Part shown: positions 1-11,548 of the stretch, piece by piece | Numbering within the stretch: the stretch's first letter is position 1 | Layout: each line of letters opens with the position of its first letter | DNA from: Chrysemys picta bellii | Taxonomy: Eukaryota | Assembly: GCF_011386835.1 (NCBI RefSeq) | Contig: NC_088805.1 | Span: 26,288,001 to 26,352,000 of the forward strand | Direction: 5' to 3' | Length of the DNA stretch: 64,000 nt | Translations under genes and position numbers: made by a program | Notes under the pieces: generated by a model | Told to the model about the DNA's origin: nothing | Seen by the model: only the letters and a program-made list of their open reading frames with translations | The model's database searches: none

Positions 1-740
1 GCAGGATCTCATTGATTTTGGTGGGGCTCCACACAGGTGTGAGAAACCATCTGCGTAGATCACGGTCCAAGTTCTGCAGAAATTAGGATGCAAGAGACAG
101 AACATCTACAGGCTCCAGGACCAAAACTGGAGAAATCTCCTAACTTTGAGTGAATCTTACATAGAACTATTATATAGAAGAAGAATGGGAGTAACTGGTC
201 TATTTCAAAAATAAAAAAGCCAACCCTACCGTTACCCACAGGGAATATGGGGTGCTCTGCACACATCTGTATATCTCCTCTTTGCAGCTGTTCAGGTTCA
301 CTGGTGTTAACATCAGAGGTGTCAATTGAGCAAGGGCATTAATGTAGTAGGTTATTCTATAATCAGGGAAACTTGCAACATCTTCTCAAGAAGCGTCTCT
401 TTATGATTGAAAATACACTAAACAAGCCACACAGCAAAGGTCATTTATTTTAAAATATTTGATTAACTATCTTTAAGAAACTGTGGAAAGTAGGCCCTTG
501 TCAAAACACAGGCCCTACATTTTAAAAAATGACTACCATTGAATTATTCTTGCTGGGGATCTTATTAAACCTGAGCAATGAAGCAAAAGTAGTTGGCTTT
601 CCGTAGCACTCCTCTAACATTGTTGATGGCTCTTATAATATTAAGAATAGAGATGGATGATTCAATTGCATCTCTAAGGAAAAGTTAAGCCTTTGTTGAG
701 TGTGCAATGAATTAATTAAAGCTTGTATTTCATCCTCCAG

Positions 741-913
741 ACAGAACCTAACAATGATGACTTTCTCTCTGAATCGGAGAAGATGGCTCTGGATTTAAAA
801 GATCCAAACCGTCCAAGATTTACTCTACAAGAACTACGGGATGTCTTACACGAGCGGAATGAACTGAAGTCTAGAGTGTTTTTGTTGCAGGAGGAGCTTT
901 TATATTATAAGAG
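741..913 (+). CDS. RILPL1: RILP-like protein 1, internal coding exon containing the RH2 domain
   Basis: Acceptor ctccag|ACA at 741, donor AG|gtgtgt at 914. Encodes TEPNNDDFLSESEKMALDLKDPNRPRFTLQELRDVLHERNELKSRVFLLQEELLYYK, the RILP-family RH2 motif in its RILPL1 form. Confidence 0.96.
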
Positions 914-1639
914 GTGTGTTGGCTCCCACTGTTGGTATTGCTACCTCTGCCTTCTCCATTGTCCTACTCTTGGAGAGGCACAGAATAGAGGGAAACCAGA
1001 GATTGGATCTAAAAACTGTGAGTGTCCGCTTAAATAGTCTCTAAGAAATGGCAGTGGATTCTTGGCTTCCCTAAGACAAAGTAAAGATGGCTCCAAAATC
1101 TGGTTCATGGTGAAAATTCAAATAAGTTTTGGGAGGCGTTTGGTTTAATTTTAATGTTCCCCAAAACCTGTGACCTCTCAATAGCAGAAATTGCAAACAA
1201 ATGCATACTTTTAAAAGGGAAAGAAATTGTTAGTGCCTGTTTTTTTTTTTTTTTTTATTATATATAAAAATAAAAATAAAAAATCAGAAAATGGCCTGTT
1301 GACAAAGATGGAAATATTTGCCTTTTTTTTTTTTTTTTTTCATTTTCTTTCCCCCCTTTCTTTTTTAGTGGCAAAATGGAGGGAGAGAATCTGGGGAAGG
1401 GAATTGAAAACCCCAACAACCAAAAATTTTAGTTTAAATTTTTTTCAAATGAGCAACAAATAAATCTTTTCCATACCTGTGGAACAAAATCTGGCTTGAA
1501 ATTACAATTAAAAAAACAACCACCCACTCTGCACACTCTAACTCTTTCAATCAGTTCTTTTAAAAAAAAAAAAATGTAAATTTCATGTAGGGACAGTTTA
1601 TTTACTTACACTCATTTAACATTCTCAGCAAAGCTATAT

Positions 1640-2045
1640 AGGGTCTATATGTCCGTGGGACTGGATACACCTCTAGGTCACTGGCAAAAATCTATTCCTC
1701 AGCACATGGCTAGTGCCAAAAAGTATTGCATCTGATACCTGTTCTGTGGCCCAAGGGCAGCAAGGTTATGGTCGCAGTTCAGCACCCAGTGGAGAAGTGC
1801 CAAAATCCTAAAACTATCGTGACCATTTCCATTAGCATGCCAGTGATTTCCAGTCCCCTCATAGAGGCCAAGGACTGAATGGGCCTTGAAGACAGGAGAG
1901 CTTAGCCTCCCCTACAGGAGCTCTGTTTAGACCGTCATTTGAGGTATATCAGTAGGGGGAAGACTGTCTTGCTGCTCCCCATGCTGCACTTGTTCTTTGA
2001 CTAAACCAGGGACTCCTGAGCTGTCAATCCAGCACTTACACAACT
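1640..2045 (+). mobile_element. LF-SINE, near full length and diverged
   Basis: Blocks cacctctaggtcactgg, agaggccaaggactgaatgggcc (1863-1885) and gctgtcaatccagcac match the LF-SINE consensus as I recall it. Confidence 0.8.
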
Positions 2046-2232
2046 TTTTAAAATCACATGGTCAGTTTTCCTCTCATAAATGGTGGGATCCATTAAATTC
2101 AGCCTGTCGCTCTCAGGGATTGCTGTATGCGGCACAGCAGTATTCTGTCCTCTTCTGAGTTTAAGAAGCTATTGCAGGTACTTGGGTTACCTGAATGTTG
2201 AAGTTTTTTAATATATGCAGTATTGTAGCCAT

Positions 2233-2341
2233 GTCAGATCCCAGGATAGTAGAGAGACAAGGTGGGTGAGGTAATATCTTTTACTGTTCCAATTTCTGTT
2301 GATGAGCAAGACAAGCTTTCAAGCTTACACAGAAGTCTGAC
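2233..2341. mobile_element. Penelope-like pLTR fragment, family B, internally deleted
   Basis: agagagacaaggtgggtgaggtaatatc...gacaagctttcaagc; same family as 28731-28950. Confidence 0.65.
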
Positions 2342-2727
2342 CTTTTTAATGGCACTCACTGCGTATGATTAACCCTACAAATCCTCCTCATGTGACAGTT
2401 ATAGAACTCCTCTTCTAACATTGGTCACTTGAATTTGAAGGAGTATTGTAAATTAAAAGAAACTAAGGGCCTTATCCACTGCTGATGAAAAGATTGCCAC
2501 TGACTTGAATGAGTTTGAATCAGCCTTTCAGTTTACAAAGCTTGTTCAGATTCATGAAACTCAGGGTGTGATCCAAACCCACTAAAGTCAGAGGGCATCT
2601 TTTCATCTGTTGTGGATCAGGCCCTTAGTTTCTTTTAATTTACAAAACTCCTTCAAATTTTATTTTAAATTTCTCCAGAATAATGGAAGAACTAGAACTT
2701 AACTGTATTTTTTTTCTCTTCTTAAAG

Positions 2728-2820
2728 TGAGGAAACAGAAGAAGAAACTAGATCCCCTCAACCTACACCCATAATTAATTCAAAAACCTCAACTCAGCCA
2801 GAATCTGGAATCAAACGACT
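2728..2820 (+). CDS. RILPL1: RILPL1 penultimate coding exon (93 nt, phase 2-2)
   Basis: Polypyrimidine tract + aaag|T at 2728, donor CT|gtaagt at 2821. Frame continues as SEETEEETRSPQPTPIINSKTSTQPESGIKRL, matching RILPL1 SEEMEEE...PESGIKRL. Confidence 0.94.
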
Positions 2821-5111
2821 GTAAGTAGCATTCTCTTCCAATGATCTTGAACTGGGCATGTTTCTTGGGGGTGGTAATTGGGTTGGTTTTAGTTCTGGTT
2901 TCTCCCCCCGCCCCTCCAACCCCATTAATCTTCATTTAGTGATATCACGTGCACATGTGTTTTGGAAATAATCCTATAATAAACAGTATTATAAACATAC
3001 ATTTTAGAGGTTTTATGAAACAAAACAGAACATAGTGCTGATTTAATTCTCGGTGACTTCCTATCTCTGACCGGTTCCCTTCACACACATAATAGGGAGA
3101 ATAAGTGTTCTGTGCACTTGCATTTATGGTTACAGATAAACTGAGAGCCTATGGTGTGTTACATTCTAATATTCCCTTCTTGAGTACTTTTATAATACTC
3201 AGATTGAGTAGAATAGCATATGTTATGGATTGTAACAGCATATGAGCTAACAAGCTGTTAGCCACAGAAACTCCGGCTCTTATTTGGAACCATCTTGTCA
3301 GGCTCTGAGGCTGTTTGTGTCTGCATATGAAAGTGAACTGCTGGTCTCTCGCCATGGGCTGTGGTCCTATTTCAAGCCTGATCCTGCATTCCTTGGGCAC
3401 CCCAAATTGCAGCTGAGCCCAATGTAAGATCAGGGTGCATTAGGAATGTAAAATTGGGCACTTTTTCATCTATGTGCTTGCTTACATTTAGACAGTAAAC
3501 TCCTTGGGGCAGAGACAGCAGACTCAGCAATGGGAACATGTCAGCAAGTTGCCTCCTCTAGGTCTCACACCTGAGAGCGGTAGAATGTGTTGGTTACGAA
3601 AGAAACGAAAGCTCAAGCACATAACAGCTGGGTCTGGAGTTCAGTCTCCTTCCCTTCCCACTACTAAGTAGCCGTGTTTACAGATTCATACATCCTGAGA
3701 ATCTGATTGAGCCTTCAGGTTCAAGCCTTGCCATTTCCCTGTACACACCTAGCTGTATACAGAACACCTGCATTAGGTCTAAGCACAGAGTTAACTCTTT
3801 GCTTACTATGCACCCTGTCCGAGGGGGCTTGTCTCTGTTGTTTTTCTGACCTGTAAAGCTCCATGTCCCCTATAGAGGGGTGTAAGTAACAATACTGTGC
3901 AGAAAGGATTAGAAAAACAAATTTTTGAATCACTTCATTTGTCAGTTTATCTATTGTCAACTCACACTCTCACCATTTTATTCCAAATATTAGCTTTTGA
4001 ACCTGCTAAGAGGTTTTCAGGTTTTGTGAATAGTGTAACTATTTTAACAATGCATAAACTATTTGGATATGCCACATTTTTATTTAGTTGCAAAACTCTC
4101 CCGTCCTGTCCCTATATGCATATAACCTTCAGCTTCCATATAAAAATAGTGCCTGCACTTACCTAGTGCCTTCCACTGGCTGATTTTGGGGGCTGATCCA
4201 AACTCCAGTAAAAGTAACTGGAATGTTTCCATTGACTCCACTTGGCTTTAGCTCATGCTATTAGTGCATAGGAATGGGCCATATTTCAGACTGGTTGCTT
4301 CAATGACCCTTTATTTTATATTTGAAAATTATACTTTGAGTTTGACACTTGGATTACTTTTCCTCATGATTATGGTTATGATGCCCTACTTTTATAACAC
4401 TTATGAGAAGAGCATGTCATGTTTGGACTAGTGGGTTTATCTTGTATGTTCATCTCCATCATAAATGTTCTGTTCCTGTATTACTATTTAATCCTTCACT
4501 TTATTTAGTTTGATTCCCCATTTGTGGGGAATGGCCACATAACCAATATAGTGGTGACTGCAACTTGTAGATTGGGATTATCTTGAGCAAAAGCGGGACA
4601 AAATTGTAAACTGACCACATTTTGTTGCAATGCTAACTGGACATTCTTAGTTTTGTCTCTCTCTGATTCTAACATACATAGGCAGCATAGGGAGTCATGG
4701 CAGGAGAGCATGGATATTTGGAGTGGCTGTCTCGCTGGGTTCTTCCTCTGACTTTTCTGGAGTGCTCTGGAACATATGTTGGGCAGCTGGCCACTAATCA
4801 AATGGAAAACTTCTAGACAAATTCAGATCTTTCTTTATCATGTTGCCTTTTAATTTATAATCACCCGTATCTAACAGTAGTAAAAGTTAAACCTGTTGTT
4901 TCGACTTGTTCCCTTCTTTCAAAAACTCCTTTCACATTTTAATAAATTCCCAGGCTGTCATCCTAAGCATAGAGCTCCCCTGCCCATTCTTACTGGGATA
5001 TGGAACTGTGTACCAAACCTGCTATCTGGGGGAACTGGCTTTCTTGTCAACTGGCACTCTCAACACCTTGTGGTGGTGGTGTTTTTTTTTTTTTTTTTCC
5101 CTGCCTCTTGC

Positions 5112-5114
<3 letters not shown>

Positions 5115-5146
<32 letters not shown>
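5115..5146. repeat. (GT)16 microsatellite
   Basis: Direct reading. Confidence 0.97.
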
Positions 5147-5148
<2 letters not shown>

Positions 5149-5890
5149 GGGCGGGAAATGGGACCCTTTTAATTTTTTTAATATAATATAAAATGTGTGT
5201 GTATATATAAATTTATTTATTTTTTTTGTTAAATTTGGGATAATTCTTTCCTTATCTTAAGTTAACCAAGACAACAATGGTACTTGAACTTTTTTGCAGC
5301 CTCCCTAGACAGAACCCATCTGTCTTCATTGTCTCTCTCATGTCTGGAGTGCCTGAAACTGTGGCACCAGCAGTCCTCCGTGGCTGGGGCACTGTCTGCA
5401 GTCCCGACCTGGGGGGCACTCCAGGAGTTTAGTAGTCCCCACATAGGCCAAGGTTTGGCAGGTGCTGGGGGTCTATGTGATTGCCTGAAATGAAAGGAAA
5501 CCGAATTGCTGGGAAAGAAAAAGGCCCCCATTTCTGTGTCTTCTCCTGCAGCTGCCACTTTACAGCCCCCCACTCAGGTACCAGAAGGAGAAGTAACACA
5601 GCCCAGGTAGCCAGCTGCTTCTTGGTCAGGTGAGAGTTAGGGATACAGTTTATCCCTCAAGCTGACAGATCTCTCCTGCTCCAGGCAGACTTTCAGCACC
5701 CTGAGACTATAGCCATTTAATTACCTAAATAGTAAATAAATCCCATTATATCCATTTTACAGATGGGGAAGTGGAGGCAAAAAGAAGATGCAGCCAAATT
5801 AATAGACCAAAATACCACAGCTTACCCCAGTGATGCTGCAGGGCTGGGAGACACAACTGTGGCTGAAGGGAGCCTTAGTCAAGTTACTTA

Positions 5891-5995
5891 GGATCTGATT
5901 CTGCAAGGTGCTGAGTCACTCCTGTGCTCCAGGTCCCACTGCCAATGGAAGTTGTGGACACTCAGAACTGCTCAGCACCTTGTAAGATCAGGCCC
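5891..5995. mobile_element. Short palindromic MITE-like repeat (related copies near 2470-2625, 10570, 33730-33822, 39780-39990, 51705-51990)
   Basis: Inverted arms gatctgattctgcaaggtgctgag / ctcagcaccttgtaagatcaggcc. Confidence 0.65.
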
Positions 5996-6394
5996 CAAGT
6001 CACCTGCTTAAAACCATAGAGGGACACCGTAACTACAGTATTCTACTGTAAGCTCTCCAAACCTGCAATAGCACTGGGATAAGATGTAATAGATTAAAAA
6101 CGCTACCTTAGTACTCCTTTGGAACAGAGCTGGGATTAGAACTCTGACAGCCTTAGCTGCCACTCCTGTTTTCAGACCGTCTCTCAACAAAGCCTAACTA
6201 AGAAAATACAGATTTATTGCCGTTCTCTTAGGAAAAGCTGTATGTCTGCCTCTTTAAAATACACCTCTTTCCCTTCACTGTGAGTACAGTATTATAAAGA
6301 CACCAGGCATATTCTCTACCATCTTGGATTGGCTCATACAATTAGTGTGTTGCTGCATTTGCAAACAGCTAAGGGAAACAGAAGTTCTGAAATC

Positions 6395-6397
<3 letters not shown>

Positions 6398-6429
<32 letters not shown>
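6398..6429. repeat. Poly(T)32 tract
   Basis: Direct reading. Confidence 0.95.
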
Positions 6430-7911
6430 CCCCTCCCTGGGGTTTCAGCTTGATTTTTAGATTCTCTACAAGTTTAAAGGGGCACTGATCTCCTGAGATC
6501 ACCTTAATTTACCATTAAGTTTGTCTCTATTCCTCTATGGCTGCATGTAATGAGAGAATATCTGTCGTCAGCCAAAAGGAGATACTTGTGCGGAAAAAGC
6601 ATCAGCACTGGAATTAAAAATGCTGGCTCTATTTTGTTTGTACACTGTACAGGAAGACCCTTTTCTTTAAGAGTACCACACTTGTTTGTTCAATGTAATG
6701 CCTGAAGTAGTCTTACATCTTGTTCTGATGTCTGAGCGCTATAGATAACTGAGTTGGCCATGGTGTGTAAAACTAGAAGTCCAAGCTATGGTGAATAATA
6801 TAACAATGTTTGTTTGTTTTGATTCCAAGAATAGCAACTACAGCAGCTGTGTTAGGAAGGCTTTTGAGCTGCATTAGGTCACAAGTGAAATGACTCTGGT
6901 GATCTCAACTTTATCCTTAACTGACACTAGTCCACAGCACAAAAATAAATTGGCCACAGTTGACCGTATCTGCAGAGGAGAATCCTTAGAACAGCAGAGG
7001 GTGTTGCAGGTATGGACGAAGATGCTTTGTGTGGGCCAAGTCATACAGAGCATCTAGCCGAAGTGCTCTCTCATGTTCAGGTTTTTTGAGCACCAGAGTG
7101 TACCTCCAAGTTGCATGAATGGTATGATGTGCAGTAAAAGGGCTGAACACTTACAAAGAAACTGTCACAGCAAGTCAGATAAAATAATGTTTCTTCTAGC
7201 ATAGTTGTAAGGCTTTGAAACCAGTATTATAGCTGCCTGTGGTTGGCATTTCTGCATGTGTATTGATGCAGAACCACTCAAAAAAGAGACATGGGCCCTT
7301 TTTAACCAAGTAGAATGCAATGGGGTTTATTTCAAGTCTTCAAATCCTTTTTTTTTTTTTTTTTTTTTTAAACTTGACAGTATCAGTTTTGTCACTTGTA
7401 ATACCCTTAACTGTAAAATGGATCATTTCTAACCTTAGTTCCTATGCAAATATCCATGGAAAAGCAGTAGCTATTGTATTGTAGAGCACTGTTTGTATTT
7501 CTTAACATCCACCTTCATCCTTCACTTCACCATTATGTATGTGCCTGTTTCTTTTACAAACCTGTAAACTGGAAAAACAATGTATTCTCATGCTCTGCAT
7601 TGCTAGAGATTATAATCCCTTGGTGAAGTTACACCAAGGCTGTGTGCTGCATCACAGCAGAAATTTGACCTCTCAGTTATGAATATTTTTAAGATGGCAT
7701 AACAACCAGATTTTAATTACCATACTAATTTATCTAACCCAGAAGTGCCAGTGAGCAGCTGTCTTGGGTGCTGCAGATACATTTCTCTCTCTCCCTACTC
7801 TCATGTGTGATAATTCAAAGTAACCCTATGTATCTTGTTTACCTGTCTTTTATGGAATGTCTTTTATTTATTATTCCAGTCTTATCTCTGTGCCTGTACT
7901 TTTCTGACCAG

Positions 7912-8017
7912 GATCTTTACAGCCATAATGCCCATGGTAGCAGCTGGATTGATTCCAGATGATCCCACATTGCAGCCAATAAGAAGACTTGTGTCCCTTG
8001 TAGGAATTTTTTTTTAA
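7912..8017 (+). CDS. RILPL1: RILPL1 alternative (proximal) terminal coding exon
   Basis: Acceptor tttctgaccag|G; phase 2 join gives L-IFTAIMPMVAAGLIPDDPTLQPIRRLVSLVGIFF-stop, which resembles the alternative RILPL1 C-terminus I recall from other vertebrates. Confidence 0.8.
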
Positions 8018-8665
8018 ATGTTTCGTACTGTGGTTTTTTTGTGGGTTCTCTTTTGGTTTGTTTGTTTTTTTTTTGCATGACCCTCATGTATTTTAATATA
8101 AGCTGCTGGTTGCATTCTCATTGGCTGACTATAGGATCACAGAAACTCAAAAGCTGCCCATCAGAATGATCAATCAGTACATATTCATTTCAGTATTTGA
8201 ATGCTCAGTCTTGACTATTCTGTTCCATCATTTCTGTCTTAGTGTTACCATGCTAAACCAATTTGTCCATTACCCATTAAGAAATTAATTCAATAAGAGC
8301 ATTTTAACCAACATCTGTTAATTTTGCTTACTAAACCTGTTTTGTGTTATATCTATCATGACAAGTGCTTTTTAAAAACTAATTTTTTTGACCTGCTACA
8401 AATTAATTCTACAGAATATAATGGCCGATATCTGTGCTAATGCCTAGTGTTTACTTTACTTATAGGCTGTCATTTACATGTCTGAATACATGTTAACTGT
8501 GGATTTTGGTCTCCTATTGTGTGCTCCACACTATCCAGATTATATGTACTTAAAACAAGTTCTACAACTAGATTCTTGGCTATCAAAAGAGGGCATTGAC
8601 TACTGCTAATGCAAGTTCTGGTTGAATTTTGATTTATTATGGTGATCATGTGAAATGACCACTAC

Positions 8666-9425
8666 TAGGGTTACCATATTTAAAAAATAAAAAAAGAGGA
8701 CACTCCATGGGGCCCTGGCCCTGCCCCTTTCCCACCCCTCTTCCCCGCCCCAACTCCGCCCATTCCCCCGTCCCTTCCCCAAAGTCCCTGCTGTAACTAC
8801 CCCTCCTCCCTCCCAGCCACGCGAAAAGGGCTGCCCGAGCGCTACCAGGTTCATGGTTTGCCGGGCAGCCTCCAGACCCTGCGCCCCCAGCCGGCGCTTC
8901 CCCAGCGCAGCTGGAGCCCGGGAGGGGAAGCACCCAGCTGGGGCGCACAGGGTCTGGAGGCTGCCCGGCAAACCGTGAAGCTGGTAGCGCTCGGGCTTCG
9001 GGCAGCCCCCATGCCTCTGGACCCTGCGCCCCCGGCCGGGCACTTCCCCTCCTGGGCTCCGGCAGCTCTGCTCCTCCTCTGACTCTTCGGCTCTGTTTAA
9101 GAGCCAAGCTGCCCGAGCGCTACCGGCTTCGGGCAGCCCCCTTGCCTCCGGACCCCGAGCTGCCGGCCGGGCACTTCCCCTCCCGGGCTCCGGGGGCACA
9201 GGGTCCGGAGGCATGGGGGCTGCCCGAAGCCGGTAGCGCTCGGGCAGCTCGGCTCTTAAACAGAGCTGAAGAGTCAGGGGAGGAGCACAGCAGCCGCGGG
9301 AGGGGAACTGCCCGGCCGGTATTTTTCCCGGACATGTTCGGCTTTTTGGCAATTCCCCCCGGACGGGGGTTTGATTACCAAAAAACCAGACATGTCCAGG
9401 AAAAAACAGACATATGGTAACCCTA
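8666..9425. mobile_element. Non-autonomous hAT-type DNA transposon, 760 bp, with GC-rich internal tandem repeats
   Basis: TIRs TAGGGTTACCATA / TATGGTAACCCTA; perfect 8-bp TSD ACCACTAC (8658-8665, 9426-9433). Confidence 0.92.
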
Positions 9426-10668
9426 ACCACTACACTGAAGGCTGCAAAATAGTTTTCATTCTAAATTCCTTCCCTTCCCACACAGAAACTTGTAATCTTT
9501 CTAAACAGTCAACTTTTGGACTGAGAATTTCCATGCTTTCTTGGCCCAACAATGACACTCTAAGTTCACCAAAATCTCTTCAGCTGGATTTAGAATAAAT
9601 AGTTTATATATAAAATATCCATTTTCCTACATCATAATTTGAGAGTAACTCAAATGGCTGAACTTTGACCCTTGAAACTTAGCATGTAAATGCAGCTGTC
9701 CTCACTGAAAAGTGTGCTTTACTAAACTTGAAAAATGTTAATTATAAACATTTCGAAAATGCAGGAACAAATATGCACAGGGGAAAGCCCTAGTTAGCAG
9801 TGCACTTATGCCAGGAGGACTTGGAATCTGGCCTTTAAAAACAAAAACCAACCAACCAACCAAAAACAGATACAGCATAATGAATTTACAAGCTCTGGGG
9901 TGACGGTGGCAGGGTAGTGCTGACATATACTTTCTTAGAACAAACCGGAAATTAAATGCAAGACACTGCAATGTTAAGGCTGCAGACTTAAAATCAAAAA
10001 GTTAGGAAATGCAAACATTCAGGTCCCAGCAGCAATGTTAACTTGCTTGAACTGCACTCATGTAGTAGTAGTTTCTATCCTGTACTTAAAAGTAGCTTAA
10101 TGTAGTACTCATGTTATTATTTGTATTGCAGTAGAACCTAAGGACTCCACTCGTAGACAAGGACCCCATTGTGCTAGGTACTATACAAACAGAACCAAAA
10201 AGTCCTAAAAAAAGAGCACCATAAAAGCGGAAGGATATGCATTGTGGTTAACACTGAAGATGGTACCTTAACTTTTGCATTTCCCAACAGACATTAATTA
10301 CATTTTAACATTGCACGAACACCTTTTGCATTTTTTTAATATATGGTTCACTATAACAAAAAATTATTTTGCTTAAGCTGGTAACGTCTGCCATACAAAC
10401 AAGAAAAACTAAAACTGATTTTTTAATTTTATGTAGTATCAGCTTTGCATTTAATTGCGGTTCACAGGCTTATTAAAATGGCTTATCAGTTCATGCGTAC
10501 TATTAACTGAGCACCCACACACAGTGTGTGGGTAAACGATATGCACATTTAATATGTTAATTAAGACTCTGATCCTGCAAACACTTGCATACGTGTTTAG
10601 GTGTGTGCTGGAATTGGGCCTAAGGTATTAGAAGTATTCACTTTAAACATTTCTTTAAATTTTTAGTG

Positions 10669-10960
10669 CAGGGGTCGGCAACCTTTCAGAAGTGGTGTGC
10701 CGAGTCTTCATTTATTCACTCTAATTTAAGGTTTCACATGCCAGTCATACATTTTAACATTTTTAGAAGGTCTTTCTCCAAGTCTATAATATATAACTAA
10801 ACTATTGTTGTATGTAAAGTAAATAAGGTTTTTTAAAATGTTTTAAGAAGCTTCATTTAAAATTAAATTAAAATGCAGAGTCCCCCCCCAGACTGGTGGC
10901 CAGGACCCAGGCAGTGTGAGTGCCACTGAAAATCTTCGTGCCATAGGTTGCCTACCCCTG
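10669..10960. mobile_element. hAT MITE, 292 bp
   Basis: TIRs CAGGGGTCGGCAACCT / AGGTTGCCTACCCCTG; perfect 8-bp TSD TTTTAGTG. Confidence 0.92.
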
Positions 10961-11403
10961 TTTTAGTGACTTCTTATACTTATTTCCCTCTCTCCCTCAC
11001 ACCCCCAACTTTTTCTTTCTACTTAAAAGCATATTGTAGTGTTTTCATGCCAAAAAGACACTATGCCAATTTATTTTGTTTATGGCATGAAACTAATCCT
11101 TTTGTTTCATTGTTGTGGGTTTGTTGTTTTTTTTTAAATAACTAATACACCCAAACTAAGACTGCACGTGTGTGTAGGTCACAGCATTTAAAGCTTCTTT
11201 TGAAGCTTCAGTAACAAAGCAGCTGGAGATGGCAGTGACTTCATCTTGAATAATGTTTGACAAATACTCCATCAGGCTTCGCTGCCCTCATTTTGCAGAT
11301 GCAAACAGTTTTTTGCTCTTTAAGTTTTGTTGCACCTTGAATCAGTTGTCTCAAATGTCTCCAAACCACTAGATCCTAATTTGTCTTTCTTACTTTCTGG
11401 AAG

Positions 11404-11548
11404 GTTTAGTTTCTTCTCTCGTGATAAAAAACGCATGCAGACGACACAGAAAAACGTTCACTTCCAGGATACTTTTGGCGAATGGGCAGATTCAAACAAA
11501 GAGGACTCCTACACCGAACAAGGCCAAGAGGCCCTTCAGCATCTGTGA
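11404..11548 (+). CDS. RILPL1: RILPL1 distal terminal coding exon
   Basis: Acceptor ctttctggaag|G; gives L-FSFFSRDKKRMQTTQKNVHFQDTFGEWADSNKEDSYTEQGQEALQHL-stop, the canonical RILPL1 C-terminus. Confidence 0.95.

Noticed and set aside
8606-9430. 274-aa minus-strand ORF and overlapping ORFs
   Set aside because: Lies inside a GC-rich non-autonomous hAT element with tandem repeats; low-complexity translation without transposase motifs.
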